Shown one piece after another: positions 7,629-16,540 of a DNA stretch of 64,000 nucleotides; the stretch's first letter is position 1; each line of letters begins with the position of its first letter. Under the pieces are notes generated by a model, which saw nothing but the letters and a program-made list of their open reading frames with translations, was not told the origin of the DNA and searched no databases. The translations under genes were made by a program, and so were the position numbers. The DNA lies in IMG/VR virus record IMGVR_UViG_3300014836_000525; one strand, written 5' to 3'. The stretch comes from an uncultured virus (IMG/VR IMGVR_UViG_3300014836_000525) (Duplodnaviria > Heunggongvirae > Uroviricota > Caudoviricetes > Crassvirales).

Positions 7629-10475
7629 ATGAGTATCAAAACTATCGACATGGAAATTGTCGGGACGGATACTGGTTTGGCCAAAAAGATTAACAAAGGG
7701 GCCCACAAACTAGTATTCGATATTTTGCAGGCTACTCAATACTCTACCCCGATACCCTCTACAGTTCGAGAATTAGTTACTAATGCTTGTGACTCTCAAA
7801 GAGAGAAGGAGATTGCTATTGAGATATTGTCTGGGCAAAAAACTGTATCTGACTATTATATAGAAAGGCACGGTGACCAGTATGAGGATTCAAACTTTGA
7901 TCCCTCGTACTACGATTTAAATTATCTAAGTTCTAAGAATAAAGTAGAACTTACATATAAACATAACGAAGGAGTAGGATACTGTGATGTATTCTCAATT
8001 AAAGATTACGGAGTAGGAATTGGAGGAAAAAGATTAGAAGGTATATTAGAGTTAGGTTATTCTACTAAGAGAAACACAAGTCAAAACTTTGGTGCTTTTG
8101 GTTTGGGGGCTAAGGTAGCATTATCTACAGGAGTAGAATATTACACTATCGAGACTGTTTACAATGGTAAAAGATTTAAAGTTAACTGCTACAGTTACAA
8201 GACTGAATTTCTAATACCAAAGTTTAACTTAATTACCGGAGAGATTAATCCTCATATAACTTTATCAGATGGGTCTAAAGTTTACTATGAAGAAGTAACT
8301 GATACCAACTGGACTGTTGTAAGCTTAGGAGTTAAGAAGCATAATGCAACTAGATTTAGAGAAGCTGTTTCAGAGCAACTTAATTACATTGATAATGTAG
8401 AATTTAATATTATCGATGAAGGTACCGAATTACCTTATACGAGAGATTTTAAAACTCCAGTGCTTTACAATTCTGATACTCTAATTATTAGCAATAGTTA
8501 TACATTTACTAAGCCTCACATTGTTATAGTAAAAGATGTGCATTCTAGTAATGGTATTAACTACGGCTTTATAGATTTCAAAGAGTTAGAGATGCAACAG
8601 TTGTATGGGACCATTGGATTGAAGTGTCCTATTAGACAGGTGTATGTCAACGAAGAAGGTGAAAAGATTGTAATACAAGATGGAGTGGAAGTAACTCCTA
8701 GTAGAGAGAAAGTTATTTGGAACGATACAACTAAAGAGTACATTCAGAAACTAATTAAGGCTGCTGCTGACGAGGCATCATCTATTGTAGAAGCAGAGTT
8801 GAAAGAAGAAGATTTCTTAAAATGGATTTTAACTTGTAGAGATGTACTTCAAAAGAAGTCAGACGATACTAGTGTTAACTCCACTGTTATTAGGATTCTT
8901 TCAAACATTGTAGATACTTCAGAGATTAAGCCTAGGTACAGCAAAGATTCTAAAATTAAATTTGCATCTCCAGCTTTCATGCTTCCAGGTTTTCAAGTTA
9001 AGCATAAGCAAGTAAAGGTTGTTAATGTTGATAAGGAAGATAAATCTAGGTCTAAAGGTATTTCAATATCTGGTGAGGACTGTGCTAACTGGAATACTTT
9101 GAATATTGATTCTATCTATATTGCAGAAGATTCTATTAGCCGACTAAAAGATTACTACCTAACTGAGCAGCATGGTGGTACATTTACTCTTATTTATCCT
9201 AGGAATCTACACTATCTTATAGATAAGATTGAGGCAACAGAAGACTCTAACGAGAAAAGATCTTTACAAAGAGAGTATGACTTATTAGTAGAGAATCAAG
9301 AGAAGTATCTACCTCTATTAAAATCATCAGCATTCTTTAAGAACTATGATGAAGTAGAGGTTCCAGAATCTGTTAGTCTTGCATTAGTTAGTAAGGAAGA
9401 AGAACTAGAAGCTTCTGTTACATATGCTGAAGAAACTCCTGAACAAAGAAGAGCTAGATTGAATAAGATTGTAGCTTATTCTCTACGTCAGGACAGAGAT
9501 CGTGTAGTGTACATAGAAGATTTTACTTGGGATAAGGTCGAGCCAGTATTAAATGATGTAATTAATACAGAGTATACTACTTATTATGGTACTAAAGAAG
9601 ATGAAGATAAGATTAGACTAGCAGCAAGTATTAGTCATAACTTAGCTCCTCGTAATAGAGATGTATTTAATCTTTATTATAGCTCTGCATCTACATATAA
9701 ATCATTTTATTTCGACTGTCATAGCTCGTACTATACTAATTCTAAGTTACCTGACTTTACTAATCCAAACAATTGTCCACAGTTTATAAAAGTAAGTCAA
9801 GAGAATGTAGCTCATTTAGTTAAAAGTCCTAATTGTAAACATATAGATTCATTTTTCTTTGATGTTGATTCTAATGATAATCTTACAGTTAATCCAATAC
9901 TAAAGACTTATATTACTTATAAGTATTTTATTTCATCTAAAGGAATAACTTACGGTGAGATGGAAGCTAGGCTTAGATACCTGTACAGACTTTCAAGCAT
10001 GCATGAATGTTTTAACCATTTTGGAGAGATTGTAAGAGTTCTTGATAATAAATACAATTTTAGTATATGTAGATTTAGATCTACAGAATTACAAAATTTA
10101 TTTAGTGAACAAGAAAGTTTGTGGAGTAAATTAATTGCTTTCGAGATGGCTTCTAAGACTGCTACACCTGAGGAATTAACTAAACTTTCAGAAGAATTGT
10201 TTATATTTACAGATATTCCCGGAGCTTCTGTATTAGATCATCAGTTACTTGAACTTTTAAGGTATGCTGATGAAGTGGCTGAGGTTATGAATCCACTAAT
10301 AGATCCATTAGATGGGGTTATTTCTACAGCTACTGGGGTAGCATTAACTGAGTACTTTAATCTAAAACAACTTAATTTACTAGAACTTCCATTAGGCTGC
10401 TCATCCTTAACTGAGTTAAATTCGTTACTAAATAATAACCCTTTGTATGATTACAATAAATGTAATAGAGGATAA
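7629..10475 (+). CDS. rIIA: rIIA-like protein with an N-terminal GHKL ATPase
   Basis: VRELVTNACDS, IKDYGVG, GYSTKR…GAFGLGAK and VTPSREK motifs; paired with an rIIB-like ORF. Confidence 0.75.
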   Translation: MSIKTIDMEIVGTDTGLAKKINKGAHKLVFDILQATQYSTPIPSTVRELVTNACDSQREKEIAIEILSGQKTVSDYYIERHGDQYEDSNFDPSYYDLNYLSSKNKVELTYKHNEGVGYCDVFSIKDYGVGIGGKRLEGILELGYSTKRNTSQNFGAFGLGAKVALSTGVEYYTIETVYNGKRFKVNCYSYKTEFLIPKFNLITGEINPHITLSDGSKVYYEEVTDTNWTVVSLGVKKHNATRFREAVSEQLNYIDNVEFNIIDEGTELPYTRDFKTPVLYNSDTLIISNSYTFTKPHIVIVKDVHSSNGINYGFIDFKELEMQQLYGTIGLKCPIRQVYVNEEGEKIVIQDGVEVTPSREKVIWNDTTKEYIQKLIKAAADEASSIVEAELKEEDFLKWILTCRDVLQKKSDDTSVNSTVIRILSNIVDTSEIKPRYSKDSKIKFASPAFMLPGFQVKHKQVKVVNVDKEDKSRSKGISISGEDCANWNTLNIDSIYIAEDSISRLKDYYLTEQHGGTFTLIYPRNLHYLIDKIEATEDSNEKRSLQREYDLLVENQEKYLPLLKSSAFFKNYDEVEVPESVSLALVSKEEELEASVTYAEETPEQRRARLNKIVAYSLRQDRDRVVYIEDFTWDKVEPVLNDVINTEYTTYYGTKEDEDKIRLAASISHNLAPRNRDVFNLYYSSASTYKSFYFDCHSSYYTNSKLPDFTNPNNCPQFIKVSQENVAHLVKSPNCKHIDSFFFDVDSNDNLTVNPILKTYITYKYFISSKGITYGEMEARLRYLYRLSSMHECFNHFGEIVRVLDNKYNFSICRFRSTELQNLFSEQESLWSKLIAFEMASKTATPEELTKLSEELFIFTDIPGASVLDHQLLELLRYADEVAEVMNPLIDPLDGVISTATGVALTEYFNLKQLNLLELPLGCSSLTELNSLLNNNPLYDYNKCNRG

Positions 10476-11613
10476 GATTGTCGGATCCTACGGTGAAACT
10501 CCGTTCTCAGTTTCCTATACTAAGGAAACGTATGATGCTATGGTCAAGGCAGCTACTGTTGCAAATGAAGCCATGACTATGGAAGAGTATAAATCTGCAT
10601 TGGAGGAGTTTGCCCCTTTGACTAAAGAAGATTATACAGAGCTAATTCAAAGTAAATGTGAGCACATTTACATTAGTAAAGCTACTGGAGAATTTTTCTT
10701 GAAGAGTGGTCAAGTTATCTCTAGTATTCCTATGCCTACAGCTTTGGTAGAACGTATCTACGAATCTTTGGATAAGGGTATAGATTTCACACCTCTTATT
10801 AAATTGTGGACACGTTGGTTACGTAACCCAATCTTGAGAAAGAAGTCTGCAGATAGCAGAGGCCTAGAGTTTTCTAAGAAGATGTTCAATTTCATTAACA
10901 TGAAGTATGTACATCCTAAACTTAAAGAAGAGTTTATGGCTAAAGGTTTCTCTGATGATATAGCTACACAGAAGGCTACTATGTATCAAGTTAAAATCAC
11001 CAACGAGGGTTTGATTAATGGTTATAAAGTTTCTCAGGAAATCTTACACAAGTTTGATGCAGAGTCTGGAGAGATGGTAGATCGTTACAAACGTACATTC
11101 AATGTAGACACTGGTGAGATTGAGTCAGATGGTATTCCAAGTATTGTAGAAGATCGTCTATTCCAACCAGCTGTTATGGGAACTGGTGGAGATGCTTTCT
11201 ACTGTGAAGGAGCTAATGGTTATGCAAAACCTGGCCACTTCATTAAAGTTGGTTGTACACATCGTCTCGATTCTTGGGATCAGGTGAATACAGATGATAA
11301 TGATTCTTGTGTTCCAGGTTTACATTTCGGTGGCTTGAAGTACATCTCTGGTTACGGGGGTGAGATTCACAACGTGTTTGTTGACCCTATGCACATCGGT
11401 GCAGTTCCAGATGATTGCACTGGTGCAATTCGTTGTCTTCAGTATTTCGTTCATTCATCTCTAGCAGGTGTTAATGGTTCTATCTATCACTCTTCTACCT
11501 ATGCAGCTAAGACAGATGCACAGTGGGCAGAAGATAGAAAAGAAGCTGTTAAAGCTTTTGGAGTTGAAGCTCAAAAAATTGTAGATAAAGCTCATGAGTT
11601 AGATTCATTATAA
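10447..11613 (+). CDS. rIIB: rIIB-like protein
   Basis: PLIKLW.RWLRNP, ITNEG.INGYK, VNTDDNDSCVPGLHFG, VDPMHIGAVP.D…IRC motifs typical of rIIB; overlaps rIIA. Confidence 0.75.
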   Translation: MITINVIEDKIVGSYGETPFSVSYTKETYDAMVKAATVANEAMTMEEYKSALEEFAPLTKEDYTELIQSKCEHIYISKATGEFFLKSGQVISSIPMPTALVERIYESLDKGIDFTPLIKLWTRWLRNPILRKKSADSRGLEFSKKMFNFINMKYVHPKLKEEFMAKGFSDDIATQKATMYQVKITNEGLINGYKVSQEILHKFDAESGEMVDRYKRTFNVDTGEIESDGIPSIVEDRLFQPAVMGTGGDAFYCEGANGYAKPGHFIKVGCTHRLDSWDQVNTDDNDSCVPGLHFGGLKYISGYGGEIHNVFVDPMHIGAVPDDCTGAIRCLQYFVHSSLAGVNGSIYHSSTYAAKTDAQWAEDRKEAVKAFGVEAQKIVDKAHELDSL

Positions 11614-11622
11614 AGTACAACT

Positions 11623-12417
11623 ATGCAAGAAGAGTCAATAGACGTGAGTAAGATTAGTGATGAACCTATTTGTCTAATTGATGGGGATAGTTTGCTTTAT
11701 TATGAGATGGATAAACCTACTCTAGAAGAGGCTATTGAAGGTCTTAACTCTAGAGTGGAGACTATCCTATCTAAGTGTAGTACAAGTAAATACGTTGGAT
11801 TTCTTACCGGTACCGATTGTTTTCGGTATTCGGTAGATTCCACGTATAAGTCTAATCGTAAACATAGACCTAAACCTATTATTTTCTATGCTCTTAGGGA
11901 GCATTTACGACAACATTGGAAATTCTATACTTATCCTAGATTAGAAGCTGACGATTTGGTTAGTTATTATGGGGCCAACATGTCTGAAAGTACAATCATC
12001 TGTTCTCCAGATAAAGATGTACTTAAGCAGTGTGTTGGAAGACATTTTAATTACCAGAAAGTAGAGTTCATAGAAACATCAGCAGAAGATGCTACTAAGT
12101 TTCTATGGAAGCAAGCTTTGATGGGAGATAGTACAGACCATATCCAAGGTATACCAGGGGTTGGTGAGAAAACCTCTGAGAATTGGTTAAAGGATAGAGA
12201 CAAAGATTTCGAAGCATTTGTTATTAAGAAGTATGTAGAAAAATTTGGAGATGTTGAAGGAATTATTCAGTTTAATACTACTTTTAGACTTGTATATCTG
12301 TTGAAAACAGACCAGGATATACTACGGGAGATTGGAGAACCCACTCTTCCACCCTTAATAATTAATACCCACGTGGCAAATGTCTCAGACCCAACAACCA
12401 GTGATTTATGGGGGTAG
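11623..12417 (+). CDS. 5'-3' exonuclease (T7 gp6 / flap endonuclease family)
   Basis: LIDGDS, YKSNR, EADD, DKD and GDSTDHIQGIPGVGEKT motifs. Confidence 0.9.
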   Translation: MQEESIDVSKISDEPICLIDGDSLLYYEMDKPTLEEAIEGLNSRVETILSKCSTSKYVGFLTGTDCFRYSVDSTYKSNRKHRPKPIIFYALREHLRQHWKFYTYPRLEADDLVSYYGANMSESTIICSPDKDVLKQCVGRHFNYQKVEFIETSAEDATKFLWKQALMGDSTDHIQGIPGVGEKTSENWLKDRDKDFEAFVIKKYVEKFGDVEGIIQFNTTFRLVYLLKTDQDILREIGEPTLPPLIINTHVANVSDPTTSDLWG

Positions 12418-13177
12418 TTCAACCCTTACCCCAGTTAATGCTAGAACCATTAGATTAACTGGAAGCATTGGCCAGTACAAAAGAGTAAAGGAAGATGGGG
12501 AAATTGTAGAACTTATTAGAGAAACTGAGGATGGAGATGTTTCATTTAGAATAGGAGATGTTTTGAAATATAAAGCATCTATTCCTTATAAGATAAATGT
12601 AATAACTCCTGTATACAATACAGAAGCTTTGATAGGTTATGATTTCTCTATAGCTAAATTAACAAAGTCTGCTATTTTTGTGGCTCCTTTCTTAGGAGGT
12701 AACAGAAAGCTATTCCTTTGGGATAAGTACTTTGTTAATGCCTTTATTAAAACCGATGATGACTCTGATGTCATTTGTTTACTCTATCGATTCTCTGGAG
12801 ATATGCTGTTCATTAAGTTTGAGGCAGCATTAGAAAAATTTAAGACCTTTAAATATAAATACGATCCGGATCCATACCACGTCATGTATGTCTTTGATAT
12901 ACCAGACGGATCTAAGGTTTCGTTTACAAAGTTTAAAGAAGGTAAATATTCAGAGATAGATGATATGACTAAACTTAAGATATTAGACTATCATGGATTC
13001 TCTAACGATGGCCATACTGCTCAGATTCTCTTCAAATCTTCTTCTTTGAAGAAACAGTTAGAAGAGGAATTGGAAATAACTCTGCTAGATACAGACGAGT
13101 TACATACGATTCCTATTATTGAAGAAGAAACATTTAATAAAGAGTATTACAACCTTCCAAAATTTTCAATAAAATGA
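12380..13177 (+). CDS. hypothetical protein
   Basis: 265-aa ORF coupled to its neighbours; no motif recognised. Confidence 0.6.
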   Translation: MSQTQQPVIYGGSSTLTPVNARTIRLTGSIGQYKRVKEDGEIVELIRETEDGDVSFRIGDVLKYKASIPYKINVITPVYNTEALIGYDFSIAKLTKSAIFVAPFLGGNRKLFLWDKYFVNAFIKTDDDSDVICLLYRFSGDMLFIKFEAALEKFKTFKYKYDPDPYHVMYVFDIPDGSKVSFTKFKEGKYSEIDDMTKLKILDYHGFSNDGHTAQILFKSSSLKKQLEEELEITLLDTDELHTIPIIEEETFNKEYYNLPKFSIK

Positions 13178-13932
13178 GTGAGTTGATTAAGACTTTAGGA
13201 GACTGGTATCCCTTTTACGAAAAGACGATACAAAAGTTTCCTAAAGATTTTGATCTGCTAAAGAGAACCTTATCGGCTGCAAGAACTTCCAGGACTGTCT
13301 ACCCAGAAGGTCCTGAAGTTTTTAAGGCCTTTGAGTTATGTCAATATGCAGATTTAAAAGTAGTTATTATCGGTCAAGACCCATACCACAATGGAGCAGC
13401 AACCGGATTAGCTTTTGGAGTAAAAGAAGGATTTAATATCAATCCTAGTTTACGAGTTATTCATAATGAAGTTATTCAATCACATGATCTTCAAGATGAT
13501 TTTAATAATCCTGAACCTATAGAGTTTGATTACACATTAACCTCTTGGGCAAAGCAAGGTGTCCTTTTACTTAACAATACTCTTACTGTGGTAAAGGGGC
13601 ATCCAAATAGCCATGAGCCATACTGGAGATTCTTTACTAGAGATATTGTAAAACAGATTGCAGAGACTAAGGAGTCTGTTGTATTTATGTTGTGGGGTAA
13701 ATTTGCAGTAGAAACATTTGAACCTATTGTTAAAGAAGCTATTGAGGTACATAATAAATACCACAAAATAATAAAGGCAGCTCACCCAGCAGCAGAGGTA
13801 TACGGAAGTATGAAGGCCGGCTTCACAGGAAGCAATTGTTTTATTAAATGCAATCAATTTTTAGATAACTTTACTACTCCTATTACATGGGTAGCTACCA
13901 AACTTGAAGAACATGAGCAACGAACAATTTGA
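13174..13932 (+). CDS. ung: uracil-DNA glycosylase (family 1)
   Basis: GQDPYH, ATGLAF, PSL, QGVLLLN, FMLWG and HPAA motifs. Confidence 0.95.
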   Translation: MSELIKTLGDWYPFYEKTIQKFPKDFDLLKRTLSAARTSRTVYPEGPEVFKAFELCQYADLKVVIIGQDPYHNGAATGLAFGVKEGFNINPSLRVIHNEVIQSHDLQDDFNNPEPIEFDYTLTSWAKQGVLLLNNTLTVVKGHPNSHEPYWRFFTRDIVKQIAETKESVVFMLWGKFAVETFEPIVKEAIEVHNKYHKIIKAAHPAAEVYGSMKAGFTGSNCFIKCNQFLDNFTTPITWVATKLEEHEQRTI

Positions 13933-14230
13933 TAAAATTGTAGAAAATAGGATTGAATTAATCCGGTCTGTCCTTTTACAGAAAAGGAAGGAGTATGCTA
14001 ATCAGACTAATCCATTCTCAAACTTTCACAGAGCTATAGGTATTAGCAATCACAATACTCCTCAGAAAGTAGCTTGGGAGTATATGACTAAACATCTACA
14101 ATCTTTGAAAGATATCCTATCCAACGAGGTTCCATTTACTAAAGAAACAGTAGAGGAAAAGATTGGAGATATCATCAATTATCTAATTTTAATTGAGGGT
14201 ATGTTAAAAGATGACTTACATGCTGTTTAA
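13904..14230 (+). CDS. DUF1599-like all-alpha nucleotide-metabolism-associated protein
   Basis: KRKEYA…PFSNF…KH…IGDIINYLIL pattern. Confidence 0.55.
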   Translation: MKNMSNEQFDKIVENRIELIRSVLLQKRKEYANQTNPFSNFHRAIGISNHNTPQKVAWEYMTKHLQSLKDILSNEVPFTKETVEEKIGDIINYLILIEGMLKDDLHAV

Positions 14231-14242
14231 ATTTTAATTACT

Positions 14243-14665
14243 ATGAAAAGTATTTCAATAGAAACGATGCTCAATAGAGTAGAAAATTTTCACAATGCTT
14301 ACGGTATTCCTCAACGAGGAGATTTTGGTAACATAGCTACTGAACAATACCTTCTGAGAGTTAAGCTAATGGCTGAGGAAAATAAAGAGTACCTAGATGC
14401 TTGTATCGATAATGATCCAGTAGCAATTGCAGATGCTCTTACCGATATGCTGTATATTCTACTAGGTACCATGGCTGTTCACGGCTTTAACGAGTATGCT
14501 AAAGCATGCTTTCTAGAAGTTCATAAAAGCAACATGAGTAAACTCGATGAGAATGGTAAGCCTATTTACCGAGAAGATGGTAAAGTTTTAAAGGGTATAA
14601 ACTACAAGGCCCCAAATCTTCAAAAAGTAATTACAAAAACCCAACTAAATCTTTCAAAAAAATGA
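14243..14665 (+). CDS. MazG-like / PRA-PH family NTP pyrophosphohydrolase
   Basis: EENKEY…DALTDMLY…EVHKSNMSK…REDGKVLKG. Confidence 0.85.
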   Translation: MKSISIETMLNRVENFHNAYGIPQRGDFGNIATEQYLLRVKLMAEENKEYLDACIDNDPVAIADALTDMLYILLGTMAVHGFNEYAKACFLEVHKSNMSKLDENGKPIYREDGKVLKGINYKAPNLQKVITKTQLNLSKK

Positions 14666-14979
14666 ATAAAGTCTTAACTAGATCAGAGTATTTTATAAAA
14701 AACTACTGGTTTCCTACACTAACTTTAAGTATCATCTTAGCAGCAGCTATTACTGGATGGATTAAAGGAGAAGTAGGTGGCATGTTTATTACTATATTTG
14801 TATTAACGTGTCTAATTGTAATGGTGGCATTAGGACTTAGATCTTATAATAACTATAAAGATTTTGTAGACTCAGTAAATTCGTATCCAGCTAAAAAGTA
14901 CGATACACCTACAGATCCTGTTAAAAAGAAGAAGTATTATAAGAGACCTTACGGTAAAAGCACACGTAAAAATACTTAA
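14662..14979 (+). CDS. membrane protein (2 TM) with a basic tail
   Basis: Two hydrophobic helices followed by a Lys-rich C-terminus. Confidence 0.6.
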   Translation: MNKVLTRSEYFIKNYWFPTLTLSIILAAAITGWIKGEVGGMFITIFVLTCLIVMVALGLRSYNNYKDFVDSVNSYPAKKYDTPTDPVKKKKYYKRPYGKSTRKNT

Positions 14980-14998
14980 TTTTTAATTTTAAATTACT

Positions 14999-15409
14999 AT
15001 GGAACTTTTAGACTTAATTCACATGCTACACTGGCTACTAATTGTATCAGTATTAGGAGTTATGGAGGCAACTATCTTTCATCAAGTTAACTTTAAACCT
15101 GGGTTCAGACTTAAAGGTTGGTTAGATGAGCATTTCTGGTTTGTAGTAGTTCGAGTATTAATAGCTATGGCTGTATTTAATACTTGCAACTTACTTTACT
15201 TGCTAGCTGCTGCATTAGTTCTACCTTTACTTCACGATGGTTTCTACTATCTAACTAGACATTTGCTAGACAATCGTTTCTATCCGGATGGATTCAGCAA
15301 TGATAAGAGCAAGACATCGGATGCAATATTCTCATTCTCCTTTCCAGGAAGAGTAATTCTCTTCATATTGGGTATTGGGGTATACATTGTAGCTTTGAAG
15401 GTATTCTAA
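14999..15409 (+). CDS. multi-pass membrane protein
   Basis: About four hydrophobic segments; HDGFYY motif. Confidence 0.6.
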   Translation: MELLDLIHMLHWLLIVSVLGVMEATIFHQVNFKPGFRLKGWLDEHFWFVVVRVLIAMAVFNTCNLLYLLAAALVLPLLHDGFYYLTRHLLDNRFYPDGFSNDKSKTSDAIFSFSFPGRVILFILGIGVYIVALKVF

Positions 15410-15426
15410 TAAGCTAAAAAAAATTC

Positions 15427-15457
15427 AAAAAGAGAGGGGGCTGTTAGCCCCCTTTTT
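15427..15457. terminator. bidirectional intrinsic terminator between the convergent arms
   Basis: AGGGGGCT-GTT-AGCCCCCT stem with an A-rich run on the left and a T-run on the right. Confidence 0.85.
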
Positions 15458-15481
15458 AATGCCCCTCAATATAACCCTAAG

Positions 15482-16528
15482 TTAAACCTTCTGTCCAGAA
15501 GCTATTAACCACTGTTTTACAGATTTATAAACTGTAACACTGTGCTCATTAGGATCCAAGGTAAAGCATGGGAACTCTGGCTGATGTCTAATTGAAAAAA
15601 ACCTTTTACCATAACCACTATTCTGTAAGCTACCACAGTTAATAGCTGTTCTATGTATTCCTCCTTCTGTGTATTGGATCAAACCGTACACGTGTGAATC
15701 TCCTGCAATACATATCTCTCTATCATTAGCTTCAAATCTCATATATCTCATTTGGCCATGGACTGGGTTTAGCATTGTTCTACCTCTAAAGAAGTGAGCT
15801 GCAGCTAATTTGTAAACCTCTTTTCCGACACCAATATCTACGTGCCCGATACCCTCATGATAGATTGTATGTCTTTTAAATATCTCAGAGTAGGTACTAA
15901 ATCCAACCTGAGCTTCTTCTCTCATTACACTGTGGTTATCCCACGTCGATGCAATTACTTTATGCTTAATTTCTTCCAACCAACTTTCTAAGAACTTAAT
16001 CTGCCAGTAAGGAGGTAGTGCATTGTCGGAAACTTCCAGCACACCACGTAGTTTTATTGACATTTGAAGCAAATCTCCGACAAGAATTACATATAAGTTA
16101 GGGATAGTAATAATGTCCTCAGTCATTGCTATTAGTTGATCATAGTCAGTTGCCCAACTTCCCATGTGTGTATCTCCGACAACTATTACACAAATAGGAT
16201 CTTTAGTATCGATAGTCCACATGGCCTCTGTCTGGGCACCTTTGTGTTTATCGAATAAATTTTTCAAGTCTTTAAGTGGAGTAATAGCATCTCTCCAATT
16301 AAAGTTACCAAGTTCAGCTTTATCTGAAGTTATCTTAGTAGTTTTAAACTGTGCTAAATCTCTCTTTGCATTTTGTGGGACTACATAGTATCTGTAGTAC
16401 TTCATCCTAGCTGAGTGAGGAGATCGGCCGTTGCTTATAGCTATTCTTTCACAGTACTTATTTTGACTTTCGTCATCCCTTCTGGGATCGTTTTCAAACA
16501 GTTCTTTCCACGTTAGTTCTTTTTTCAT
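15482..16528 (-). CDS. calcineurin-like metallophosphoesterase with an N-terminal extension
   Basis: GDTH, GDLL, DNH, AAH and GDSH metal-binding motifs. Confidence 0.85.
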   Translation of the reverse strand: MKKELTWKELFENDPRRDDESQNKYCERIAISNGRSPHSARMKYYRYYVVPQNAKRDLAQFKTTKITSDKAELGNFNWRDAITPLKDLKNLFDKHKGAQTEAMWTIDTKDPICVIVVGDTHMGSWATDYDQLIAMTEDIITIPNLYVILVGDLLQMSIKLRGVLEVSDNALPPYWQIKFLESWLEEIKHKVIASTWDNHSVMREEAQVGFSTYSEIFKRHTIYHEGIGHVDIGVGKEVYKLAAAHFFRGRTMLNPVHGQMRYMRFEANDREICIAGDSHVYGLIQYTEGGIHRTAINCGSLQNSGYGKRFFSIRHQPEFPCFTLDPNEHSVTVYKSVKQWLIASGQKV

Positions 16529-16540
16529 TAGTATTAGTTA

